Positions 1-12,500 of a stretch of DNA of 64,000 bases are shown piece by piece. A model generated the notes under the pieces. It made no database searches. It was not told where the DNA came from and saw only the letters and a list, made by a program, of their open reading frames with translations. Source of the stretch: Octopus sinensis (lineage: Eukaryota); NCBI RefSeq assembly GCF_006345805.1, contig NC_043015.1, positions 19,220,001 through 19,284,000 on the forward strand, in the 5' to 3' direction. The number at the start of each line of letters is the position of its first letter. Position 1 is the stretch's first letter. The position numbers and the translations under genes are program-made.

Positions 1-197
1 AAAAAATGGAGTCAACGCAGGTTTAAACAAGTATTTTTTCTTTCTACATATGTTTCAAAATTCCACTGATACTTATTCAAAAGAATAAAAGGTATAAACA
101 ATGCAATCTTCTCTTCGAGATTTTGTGAGATTTTGCTGCCTGGTAACTATGATTCATTATCCGTGTTAATTGTTAACAAGGTAAAATACACTCATCT

Positions 198-208
198 ATT
201 TATATATA

Positions 209-241
<33 letters not shown>

Positions 242-261
242 GCATATGTTATATTATATAT

Positions 262-305
<44 letters not shown>

Positions 306-419
306 ATATATATAATATATGCATATGTATATATATATAATATATATAGATATATATATATATATATATTATATATGTTTATATATAATATATATATATA
401 TTATATATATATATTATAA

Positions 420-456
<37 letters not shown>

Positions 457-473
457 TTATATAGTTATTAATG

Positions 474-520
<47 letters not shown>

Positions 521-654
521 ATATCTATGTATATATATATATGTATATATATAATATATATTACGTATATATAGGATATATATATAGATATATATAGTGA
601 TATATATATATGTATATATATGTGTATATATATATATATGTATATATATATATG

Positions 655-686
<32 letters not shown>

Positions 687-690
687 TACC

Positions 691-729
<39 letters not shown>

Positions 730-858
730 ATATATATATACATATATATAATATATAATATATATATATTACATATATATTACATATATATATACATATA
801 TATATATACATATATATATAACATATATATATACATATATATATACATATATATATAC

Positions 859-889
<31 letters not shown>

Positions 890-930
890 CAATATATATA
901 TACATATATATATACATATATATATATATA
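198..930. repeat. Degenerate (TA)n / (TATATAC)n low-complexity tract
   Basis: About 730 bp of almost only TA dinucleotides; explains the Y/I-rich ORFs at 133-991. Confidence 0.97.
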
Positions 931-1479
931 CAGATTTTTCTCCACAGTAACTGCTGTGTATTTGCCTTTTAGCAGTTGAAATATATGACAAACATATTTC
1001 CTAAATTCCTAAATTTATGCTTTGAATTGCCTAAATTCATGACCTAAATCCGTTACCTAAATTCATGCTTTTAATTGCCACTAATATTACTATTTTCTCA
1101 TAATATATGTTTATGAATTATTCGCTTCGTTCATTTTCAGAATGCGCATTAGGCGTTCACATGAACAAGCAAGCATGTGAGGTAAGTATCTTTAAATTTA
1201 GCTTCTTTTGCAGTAGACTTGACTGAGGAAGAACAAGTGCCCCATGGCACAAATCCCAAAATCAGTACTACGTTATCTGCTATCCACTTTGCAGACTTCA
1301 TGGAGATAGGAACTATAATTTGTATTCAACACCTACTTTTCACCATGCTTGTTTTTAAGTGAGCTCTTTGTGCCTAAGGAGTTAATTTAACTCCTATTTC
1401 AAGTGAAGGTGGTACTTTTCCCATACCACAATTATATTATGTATGTATGTATGTTTTGTTTTGTTTTGTTTTGTTTTTC

Positions 1480-1685
1480 CAGTTTCAGCTCTTGAGCTGT
1501 GGCCATGCTGGGGCACCACCATTGTGGTGAAAGAGTACAGCAGGGATCACCACCCCCTGCCGGAGCCTCGTAGAGCTTTTAGGTGTTTTCGCTCAATAAA
1601 CACACACAACGCCCGGTCTGAGAATCGAAACCGCGATCCTGCGACCGCGAGTCCGCTGCCCTAACCACTAGGCCATTGCGCCTCT
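1480..1685 (-). mobile_element. tRNA-derived SINE
   Basis: Reverse complement begins agaggcgcaaTGGCCTAGTGGttagggcagcggactcgcgg...GGTTTCGATTC (A and B boxes); same family as 53045-53331. Confidence 0.8.
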
Positions 1686-1702
1686 GTATATATATATCTG
1701 AT

Positions 1703-2872
1703 AGAAGGTGTGTAAGCTATGGACACATAAAAGGTGCAGCAATATCAGAGGAAGCTTAACAGGGAAAATAGCTTTTGAGTATGGAAGATGCACAGGTGCA
1801 ATAAACACAGAAAATGTACAGAAAATAGACTCCATCAACTGCCAGTGTGGTATGCTAGAGGTAGTAGATGGCTTCCATTATCTAGGTAACCAAGTTAGTA
1901 GTGGAGGTGGATGCTGTGAGAGTGTACCTGTGAGAATAAGTATAGGCTGGGCAAAGTTCAGAAAGCTCCTACCTCTGCTAGAAACAAAGGACCTCTCCTT
2001 CAGAGTGAAAGGCAGATTGTATGATGCCTCTGTGTGAACAGCTGTGCTACACAGCAGTGGAACATAGGATATGACAGCCAAGGACATGCATAAGCTTAAA
2101 AGAAATGAAGCCAGTATGCTTCACTGGATGTGCGATGTCAATGTGCATGTTCGACAGAGTTTAAGCATCTTGAGAGAAAAGTTAGGCACAAGAGGCATCA
2201 GCATGGTGAAAAGTGGGTGGTGAATACAAAGTTAGACATAAGATGCATCAGATGTTGTATGCAAGAGAAATGCTGTGCTGGTATGGTCATGTGATGCATA
2301 TGGACTAGGACAGCTGCGTGAAGAAGTGCCAATCTCTAGGTGTGGAGGAAACCTATGGTGGAGGTAGACCCAGGAAGATATGGAACAAGGTGGTGAAGCA
2401 CAATCTACAAATGGAGGTAATGACTAGTGACCAAGACCTTTGGCAATATGCTGTGCTTGGGAAGACGTGTCAATTCGAGTGAAAGGCACCTTTTCAGTGT
2501 TGAGCCTTATGGAGGCAAAGTGGCCAATGCCGGTAGCAAGTGAAAAGCACCTTTTGAGTTTTGAGCCTCACAGAGACAATGACAAATGGCTGAGACCTTT
2601 GGCATTATGTCATGCTTGAGAAGAAGACCCATCAAGCCAAGTAACATTGCAGTTGTGACAGATACTGGTGTCACGCAAATGGCACCTGTGCTGGTGGCTT
2701 GTAAAAGCACCCATTACACTCTCGGAGTAGTTGGTATTAGGAAGGGCATCCAGCTGTAGAAACCATGCCAAATCAGACTGGAGTCTGGTGCAGCCTTCCA
2801 GCTTTCCAGCCCTGGTCAAACCCTCCAACCTATGCCAGCAGGGGCAATGGACGTTAAATAATGATGATGATA
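1703..2872 (+). mobile_element. RTE-clade LINE 3' fragment with (GAT)n-tailed 3' end
   Basis: ORF 1708-2037 [14 protein letters not shown]...SLSFRVKGRLYDA-type segment, then degraded RT C-terminus (LxWYGHV) and the family tail ggaagggcatccagctg...catgccagc. Confidence 0.85.
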
Positions 2873-4139
2873 CAGCATTACAGTATGACTAGATTTTTTA
2901 GTGTTGCAACCTGGATTTGCTGTCATTGTGCAGTATTTTGGACAAATATCATTTTTTTTTATAGCCTAGAGTTGATGTTAGTCCTGAAATAGGGTAGACA
3001 GTAACTGTACAGAAACCTGCTACATGGATTTTATTGCTCAAAACGTCGAACCTTATCACATGTTGAGACTAATTCTGTGCCTGAGATTTATGTTAAGGCC
3101 ACATGGAATTTTCACCCATTCACATATTAATTCCAGTACAGATAATTCAGTTGATTGAACATCATCAGATGGAAGAGATCCTGTTATTAAAGACATTCTG
3201 GCTGTGACCATCTGCATTTTGTTGTTTAATATATTTTCATAGATGGTTTTGTTTTGTTTTTCTTTTACCCTGTATCCTTTCATTTTCTTAAAGCAAGAAA
3301 TTTGTCTGCTATTTCTAGCTCCGTCACTGATTTGATGGGTTGCTAGTTGTTATGCTTGTTAGAAATGAAAGACAGCTTGATACATGTGGTAGTATTGGAG
3401 AGGGATTTATTAGGGAAATGGAGAGAGAGGAGCAAAGACGAGAAAAGAAAATGTATGAGAGAGAAAAGAAAAGAGGGAAAAGTAGAAGTACTTTGTTTAT
3501 TGAATGGTGATCAACTTTAGCTTTCTAAAGTTGATCACCATTCAATAAACATAGTACTTCTACTTTTCCCTCTTTTCTTAACGATGGACGGGTTGTCTGA
3601 GGAACAAGAATAACATAATAATTTGAATTAGAATTTAGTGATATAAAAGCGTAAAATATGAGTGTAAAAGTATTATAGCTTTGTAAAAATTTATAGGAAT
3701 AGACGAGTAGTGCAAATGTCATGATGCATGGGACAAGGGAGATCACTCTAAGTTTGATAATATTTTTTAGAGCGAATATAATGATTATTTATATAACATT
3801 TACATAATAGTTAAACTTTAATGGTGTATTATTTTATAATTCATTAAAAATATGAATTACGGCTTTCTTTTCTATTTCTCGTTTTCCTCTTCTATTTCCT
3901 TTCTTTAACCCATTTTCATCTTTCTCCTCTCTCTCATTTCACTTCTCCCAGCCACTAACGCATACCCATCACTCTATTCAGTATCACAGATTTTTCTCCT
4001 TATTTTTAAATGGTACAATTAACAGTGATTCAAATGATATATTTCTTTCACATATTTTGTTTCAACATGCATAAAGAGGCGTGATGATATATTACTCTAA
4101 TGATGATGCTTTTCTCAGTTTTGTATGCATTAAAGTGCA

Positions 4140-4320
4140 TTCATTCATACATACATACACACATACATACACACACACACATACACACACACATACATAC
4201 ATACACACACATGCACATACATGCATGCATACATACATACATACATACATACATACATACATACATACATACATACATACATACATACATACATACATAC
4301 ATAACTGCATGCATGCATGC
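4140..4320. repeat. (TACA)n/(CA)n compound microsatellite
   Basis: Direct reading. Similar tracts at about 14970-15150, 18425-18590, 25615-25695 and 30145-30250. Confidence 0.97.
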
Positions 4321-4335
4321 ATTTTATAATTAAAC

Positions 4336-4541
4336 ACCACATGTCATGTGAAATACAGGTTTCCTGGTCGAAATATTAATTTATTTTGTCAATTTTTCAA
4401 ATGGTAAAAACAAGACAGTTTGTGAACTGCATTCAAAGAAGTTGACAAACTATCTCGTTTTTATTAGCTTGAAATATGACGAAATAAATTAATATTTCGA
4501 CCAGGAATCCCTGGGTATCTGTATTTCACATGACATGTGGT
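4336..4541. mobile_element. MITE-like element with ~55-65-bp terminal inverted repeats
   Basis: accacatgtcatgtgaaatacag...tcctggtcgaaatattaatttattttgtca at 4336-4391 is the reverse complement (one indel, one mismatch) of 4477-4541. Confidence 0.75.
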
Positions 4542-5571
4542 TTTTATTATAATATATTTAGTCTCTTGGCTGATCATGTGCTGATCAGTAATAACTGGTT
4601 GAAGCCTTACCACACAAAGCGTGTGTATTGTACACTGGACATTTCTAAACAAAAAAAAATACAGGGAAAAAAATATACTCCCACAAAAATTGCACACACA
4701 TTCAATTAGATAATCAAAGAAGTAGACCATTTACCTAAATAAGACTCTATTCAGATGACTTCCTTTATGCATGCCAAAAGCTATTGGTACTCACCCATAT
4801 CACGCATCATGCCCATGAGAGCAGCCCAACATATCACTGGCAGAATTAGGCCACCAGCTGGTCACCCACCCAAGAACAACTCAGAAGTTGAGGCCCACAC
4901 AATTATATGGTTTTCTGACTCTTGTCAAACATCAACTATCCTCTCTTCATTATGTAGGACTTGTACCTGATGTCCTAATGCACTACACATCAAAGAGTGA
5001 ATTTCACCAGCTTGACCTGCTTGCCAATAGCTCTCATCAACCTGCTAAGCTGTCAAACTGTCCTGATGATGTTCTCGATATCCTGAGAATGTTCTCGACA
5101 TCTTGAGAGAATGATTCTCTTGGCTATGGATTGCTAATTTCTTGAACATAGCCCACTTCTTCTGGGTTCAGTGTTGGGAAAGATCCTCCAGGTCCTGAAA
5201 GACACATTCATGTTCAAGAAGCAAGCAATCTTCAAGCCATTATGGTTTATGGTTGGAGGTATAAGCATAGAGTGCTTTTTTAACTTTTGTGTCAGACTGG
5301 GGCAGTCAGTGTGTCTGAAACAGAAATGACAACATTGTAGCAAGACCTAGAATTGAAACCTCACAGTTTCAGTTACTAGTATAAGACCATACTCATATCA
5401 GGTGATATGTCCTGATTATTAGCCAGAAATATACCATATAGTAAAACATTCTATGAGGTTTTAGAGGTTCCAGCAATTTTATAGTTATAAAAGTGAAAGC
5501 CTGCCAGAATCAACAAGAGAGAGTGGCCCTTCAAAGCATAAGCAACCAGCCTTTACAACATCAAGCTTTCC

Positions 5572-5970
5572 TCCTCCTCCTCATCATCATCATTTAACGT
5601 CTGTTTTTCATGCTAGCATGGGTTGGACGATTTTAACTGAGGGCTGGCAAACCAGATGGCTGCACCACGCTCCAAACTTGATCTGGCAGAGTTTCTACAA
5701 CTGGATGCCCTTCCTAACGCCAACCACTTCGAGAGTGTAGTGGGTGCTTTTTATGTGCCACCGGCACGGGGCCAGTCAGGCGGTACTGGCAATGACCTCG
5801 CTTGAATCTTTTACACATGCCACCAGCATAAGTGCCAGTAAGGCGACGTTGGTAACGATCACGCTCAAATGGTGCCCTTTTACGTGCTACCGGCATGGAA
5901 GCCACTCGGCTGCTCTGGCAATGATAACACTCGGATGGTGCTCTTGGCCCCCTACTAGCATGGGCCAGCC
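5572..5970 (-). mobile_element. RTE-tail-derived repeat (non-autonomous/3' end)
   Basis: (CAT)n, then tttaacgtctgtttttcatgctagcatggg...ggatgcccttcctaacgccaaccac. Further copies near 11930-12133, 17990-18245, 35560-35760, 39470-39660, 56460-56820, 60580-60835 and 61600-61950. Confidence 0.8.
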
Positions 5971-6119
5971 TGGAGTAACAAACATTCTTCAGTTTGGATG
6001 AGCAAATGCTATTCCTACCTCTCACATCAAACTGATCTTTTTTATCCATAATTTAATTACAGCTGCATTTGAGTCTAGCCTTCTAGAATACACTATTGGT
6101 AACTACTTTTATGTTTAAT

Positions 6120-8020
6120 GTCATCATCATCAGCGTCATCATCATTTAATGTCCATTTTCCATGCTGATATGGATCGGGCAGTTTGATAGGAGCTGGCCA
6201 GCTGAAGAACTGCCCCGGTTTCATGTCCATTTTGACATGGTTTCTTTGGCTAGATGCCCTTCCTAATGCCAACCACTTTACAGAGTGTATTGGGTGTTTT
6301 TTACATGGCACCAGCACAGGTGTGTTTACATGGCACTGGTACAGGAGCTTTTTATGTGGCACCAGTACCTACAAGCCAGCAAGATTAGGAATGCTCAGCT
6401 GGAGAGGGATGCAGGTGACATGCCTATATGCAAGGACAAATATGCTTTTACGTAGCTTGATTGGTCTTCTCAAGCACAGCATACTGCCAGGAGTCTCAGT
6501 CTCTCATCATTCCCTCTGAGTCCCAACGTCCATAGATCCTTTCTTACCACTTTGTCCCACATCTTCCTGGGTCTACCCCTTCCACATATTCCCACTACAA
6601 TTAGAGATCAACACCTCTTGATGCAACTGTCCTCATTCATATGCATTACATGGCCATACCAGCACACTACATCTGATGCTACATATACCCTGTTTTTTCT
6701 CTCAAATCACTTACACTCTGTCGTATATGCACACTGACATTACCCATCCAGTGAAGCATACTGGCTTCATTTCTTTCAAGTTTTTGCATGTCCTCAGTAG
6801 TCACAGCCCATGTCTCACTGCCATGTAGCATTGCTGTCTGTACTCAGGCATCATACAATCTGCCTTTCACTCTGAGGGACAGGACCTTCATTACTAACAG
6901 AGGTAGTAGCTCTCTGAACTTTATCCAGCCTATTCTTATTCTAGTACTAATGCTTTCGGTACAACCTCCCCCATTACTAACTTGGTCACCTAAGTAACAG
7001 AAACTGTCTGCTACTTCTAGGGATCCTCCCTGACATATGAGGGAGTCTATTTTTTGTACATTAATGGTGTTTAATGTACCTGCACACCTGCTACATGTAA
7101 AGATTATTTTCTCCATTAGTCATCCAGTGATACCACTGCAACCCTTAAGTATTCATAGTTTGCACTGAGTACACTGTATGGAGTTTCTGCCAGTACTTTT
7201 TCTACATATCAAGCAAGGCCATCTTCCTGAAGGGACCTGTGAATTGTCTGCTTTCCTACTTATCAATACTTTGGCCTTTGCAAAATTAACTCTAAGGCAC
7301 TTTGATTCCAGTCCATGCTTCCATACCTGAAATTTCTCCTCGATTTCTGGTAGTGATTCAGCAATAAGAACAAGGTCATCACTATAGAGGAGCTCCCAAG
7401 GGTAGCCAGTCTTAAATTCTTCAGTTATAGCTTGAATGATCATGATAAATAAGAGAGGGTTAAGGACCAAACCCTGGTGGATTCCTATTTGTACACTAAA
7501 CTCCTTGTTATACTCATTGGTGATTTTCACCTGACTGATAGCATCCCTGTACATGGCTTGTACAGCTCTCACCAACCACCCATCTATTCAAAGCTTCTGC
7601 ATTTCCCACCAGATAAGGGAGTGGGTGACCTTGTCAAAGGCTTTCTCCATATCAACAAAAGTTAGAAACAGAGGTTTATTTTTGGCCAAGTATTTTTGCT
7701 GCAGTTGGCTCACCAGGAAGATAGTATCAGCAGTGCTTCTCCATAGCCCAAATCCAAACTGCATCTCATTTATACTAAATAACTTCCTAATTAACTGAGC
7801 TATGATTCTTTTTACAACTTTCATCACTTGGTCCAGCAATTTGATGCCTCTGTAATTATTTCTGTCTTGGACTTTACCTTTGCCTTTGTAGCAGTTGGCT
7901 ATAATGATACCCTCATGGACAACCTGATTAACTATATGAGTAGCCAGGTCATGTTTCACTCCACCAGACATTTTAAGCATCTCAGCAGTGATTCCTGATG
8001 GGTCAGCAACTTTCCCTTAT
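6120..8020 (-). mobile_element. RTE-clade LINE, RT domain to 3' tail (decayed)
   Basis: ORFs with NYRGIKLL, QFGF, FVDMEKAFD, GIHQGLVLNPLLF, LLYSDDLVL (YADD-like), followed by a Cys-rich finger. Confidence 0.92.
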
Positions 8021-8731
8021 AATAAAATGTATTTCACCAAAATTCACGTTTGGTTTGTTATGGGACAACATGCTGCTAACTAATTCCAACCAACAATGAC
8101 CCAAACACTCAAGTGCCACAATTGATGACCCAACAAAGAAAGGCCTGATAAAGAAATAATAATAGCCTGGCAAAGTGACAGGCGTCCAATCAGCACTTAA
8201 TGTTGGCAATTCTAACTTGATGTTCAACCAGCGGAAAGAAACAAGCCTCCACATCAGACACTTTGATATTAGAAATAACAATTAATTCAACCATGTTCAC
8301 AATCAGCACCTTTCCAGCCAGGGGATTGACTGGTCTGCACAATGTAACAGTTAACACCAACAGTTCATAGATAAGAAAAATATTGTCTATTTTTCTAATT
8401 CACTATATTTTTGAATAGGTCTTTGAATAACCAAATAAGTATACAGGAAATAAGACTAGTGATCCAAAACATCTACCACTTTAAGGAAAGCTATACTAAA
8501 AAATATATTAATGTAAGAACACAGGACAACTTGCATAAAAATATTTAGTTTTGTCCTCATTCTTGCAAAATTCTACTAAAGTACACTTTGTGTCTCATTC
8601 TATCTGGATTAATAAAAGATCCAAATATACTGAGTAGATTCAATCAAGTATATACTCATCTTCAACAGTTGACCTAGTGTTCTTGAAAGAAATCAATTTT
8701 ACGTGTAATATATAATATACTGCAAACTTAC

Positions 8732-8820
8732 CTCAAGGAAGCACTGAGGACAGAAGCTATAAAGAGACCTGTGACACCAGACATGTTTTGAAAAAGTTTG
8801 AGCACAAAAAGTGGCATAAC
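8732..8820 (-). CDS. SLC5 coding exon 10 ([29 protein letters not shown], 89 nt)
   Basis: Acceptor ctttgtag|GTT; donor AG|GTAAGT; same 89-nt length as SLC5A5 exon 8; leads into the TM8 Na2-site region. Confidence 0.94.
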
Positions 8821-9562
8821 CTACAAAGAAATCATTGGAAAAGAATATTTAAAATGTTCATGTCTACCTATTTTAAATTACTTTTTCTCTTTATTATCTA
8901 TTATTGCAAGATGATATGATGGTATATTGTTGTTTATCCTGTTTTATTGAATATTCAAATCACAAAAATCCAGATACAGATCCTTATCATATTAGAAGAG
9001 CTTTGCAAAAAAAAATACATTGCAAAACTTAGATCTAATCAGATAATATATTTGATTTAATCGAGCCTTGCAATGGAAACAGATCAAAGATAGAAGCATA
9101 TTGGGTGAATGTTGTGTGCACAATATGTCTTACATTGTGGACTACCCTTTATGGAAATGGAAGATGATGTTGAAAATGAAATGCAAGAACAGTAAACACT
9201 AAGAACACGCAGGAAATGAATTGCTTCAAATGCCCAGTAGATAGTTTCAGTTACCAAGGTGAACTATTTAGCAGTCATTAGGATAAGAACTGGCTGGAGA
9301 AAATTCAGAGAGCTATTACCTGTATTGGTAACATAGTCTTCTCCCTCAGAATGAAAGATAGATTGTGTGAAGCATGTGTACAAACAGCAATGCTATATGT
9401 TAGTGAAACATGAACTGTGACCAGATGTAATAAAGATAATCCATCTAGGAGAAGAAAATCTCTGGAATAAAACTGTTCAGTAAGGACTTGCAACCATCTA
9501 ATACTATTTAGCAAAGAAAAAATGATGACATGAAGATGTTATAGTTTTGTCAATGAACAATA

Positions 9563-9599
<37 letters not shown>

Positions 9600-12500
9600 A
9601 AATATAGGCAGACTACAAGGAATCTTGTGTAGCTCTGCATCAGCAAGACTTGAAAAAATATAGAAAAAAGTAAAAGGGATACAGTGAAACTGCCGTGAGG
9701 AGTGGAATATCCAACGTTTCAGATGTAATCCTTCGTCAGCTGGTAGAGAAAAAGAGAAGCTGATGAAAAACAGAGTTTATCCTCTCCATTTGAAAAAACT
9801 GGCTGCAACTGATAATGGATGCAGAATAACACAGGCTACTAACATGAAACAGAAGTTATAGGAGAGGGTGCACAGAAAGGAGAAGGAAAAGAGTGATGGA
9901 GAGAGCGGAGGTAAGTAAATACAGGAGTGTTGCAGAGAGAAGGTGGAAGGAGGATTAAAAAAGGTAAAAGAGAATTAAGAGGAGGTGAAAGGTTGAAAGG
10001 AAAAGGTTCATTCACACCTGTCGAGACATAGTACCAAGATCAAATATGAGACATTGGTCCTTTCGTTTCCGAGAGAAGTGGTGTCCATGGTGCAAGGCCA
10101 TGCCACACACTGATAAATCTGCAAAAGAATGATTCACAGAGTTGAAGTGGCTGGCGACAGGTTGGCCTGGCATACGTAGCATTATGCTTCTGATGTGTTC
10201 ACAAAAGCGATCCACAAAGCATTGCCCTGTTTCTCCAATGTAAAGAGCACTGCAGAGTTTGCATGTGATGCAATATATGAGATTTGCCAAAGTGCAACAG
10301 AAGTGGTGTGTTATGTGATATTGCTTCTTGGGCCCCTTGATGGTGGTAATATTGTTGTTGTAGGGACATGTGTTACATCGTTAGTGGGAACATTTAAAGG
10401 TTCCTGGTTGTGTGGAGCTGGGAGCTGTGAAGCTTCTGACAACAGCTTCTCTTTTTCTCTACCAGTTGACGAAGGATTACATCTGAAACATTGGATATTC
10501 CACTCCTCATGGCAATTTCACTGTACCCCTTTCACTTTTTTCTATATATATGCCTTTTTAAAATCAGCTTTTCTAATTTTATGCATTAAGTGTCTGGAAA
10601 ATTTGTTTTTCCCCTTTTTTTAAATAATGTAGAAAGTACTTTTTACTAAAAAATAGTAATAAGGAAGCTTAATATAGTTAGTATCTCCTCTACAAGGTTC
10701 TAACTAGATATAGTCAGTGTCTCCTCAATAAAATTTCATCGCTCTGGTACTATAGATTTGGATGGAGGGTAGAAATTCCACCATTCATGTATGAGGCCAA
10801 CTATGTCTGCATAGGTGTAAGTAGGGATACTCACACTTCCCCAGCTCTTGGATTGTGTCATGGAATGGATCCCACTCAGTGGAAACATTTGCTTTTTGAA
10901 GCTTAAGCATTTTATTGTACCAAGTTTGATAAGAGAAGTACTAGTCAAATGCCAGAGTTAAATTAACTATAAACTCCCACCTCCCCACAAAAAATTATTG
11001 GCATTACTTCTATATTAAAAATCTTTAATTATATAGAAAATATCAGACTTACTTGGTTAGGGTTTGTTATTATTTTGCTTTCTAATGGATCACAACCAAT
11101 GGTTTGAAAGAAAGAAAAGGCAATAACTCCCAGAAGGATAGCAAACATGGTTGTTAAACAAAATATGGGAGCAGTGATCCACAATATTCTGAAAGAGAAA
11201 TTAAATAACTAGAATATTTACAGTCCTGTTAGTGTAAGTCATTTTCTTTCTTGTCCATCTTTTTCTCTTAAATTAATGAATATGTGCAAGAGGCAGGAGA
11301 GAAATGTTGAACACACAAACAATGTAGTTAAACATGAATTCAAATTTTATTTCATACTTTATATTTTAAAGTGTTGTCCTTGCTTACAAGTAATTGCCTA
11401 CAACCCAGTAATCAAACCTATTATCAGAAATGAAAAACACAAGAGCAAGACATGAACATTATCAATCTTATTTTACATTTTACAAATGGTTTTGTGCTTG
11501 CCATCTAAAAAGGATACTTTTGCAATTTGCATTTATTTCTCACTTCTCAAAAGATAATACAGGTGATTCCACTAAATTACATAGTCTTGGTGACTGAAAT
11601 TCGAATGCAACTAACTAAAGTATACAATTAACTGAAGTATGCAATAAACAATTCACAAAATAAATTATAAATTCCAAGATTTCAGTGCATTTTCAGTAGT
11701 AAGATATTGTGTTTATGTTGCAATTGTATGGATTACATGATAAAACAAGAATACAATATATTGTAACACAAAATATATTTTGTGTTATTTTGTTTTAAAT
11801 CTGTAAAAATTGTAGTTTGAAGCAACAGGAAATAATAATTTATTTGTTTAAGGCATTGTAAAATCATCACAGATTGACTGTAAAGTGGGTGGCATTTGGA
11901 AGGGTGTCCAGCTGTAAAAATCATGCCAAAACTAACTTCACCTGTACTAGTGCCACATAAAAAGCACTGAGTCCACTCTGCAGAGTGATTGGTGTTAGGA
12001 AGAACATCCAACTGTAAAAACCCTGCCAAAACAGATACAGTCGCCTAGGGTAGTTTTCTACCTGGCTGGCTCCTTTCAACCATCCTACCCATGCATGCAT
12101 GGAAGACAGACGTTAAACAATGATGATGATGATAAATAATTGATCTGTAATAATTTCTTTTAATAAATAACTATTAAAAAGATTTTTTGCAGTTTATGCA
12201 GGTAGAATGTTATTTTAGTTTAGAAGACATATTTATGATGGAGCTTAACACTTTTACATCACATGAACTAAACTTCTCTGGTAAAAGTGAAGAAAGCAAC
12301 ACAAAGCAGTCAATGCAATATAGTGGAAGAAATTGTAACACCTTCTTCAGTAGGTGGCACATCTACAGCTGTAAAACCAGCTGCTTTCTTTAAACACTTG
12401 ATGATTGTGGAAGTCTTATGACTGTTCAACAATTTTGTGATTAGGTGAATAGCATCAAGTAATGTGATTTTCTTAACAAAGTCATTTGCTTCCATTTCTG

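Noticed and set aside
133-991. Long Y/I-rich ORFs, and the H/T, C/V/M/Y and poly-L/Y ORFs at 4081-4342, 14907-15306, 18306-18768, 25480-26219, 30063-30269, 50992-51661 and 57898-58526
   Set aside because: Translations of TA, TACA, CA and TAA microsatellites; no coding signal.
1600-1685. tRNA genes at SINE heads (also 16415, 34583, 53250-53331)
   Set aside because: A and B boxes are present, but they run into SINE bodies and lack a complete cloverleaf and acceptor stem.
3105-3172. Minus-strand CTGATGA...GAAAATTC hammerhead-like spacing
   Set aside because: No stem I pairing and no basal stem II.
1-8731. Next SLC5 exon (expected S/T-x-SS..N....EDF, about 110 nt, phase 2)
   Set aside because: No convincing candidate by manual reading; probably left of the window, although a missed exon cannot be excluded.
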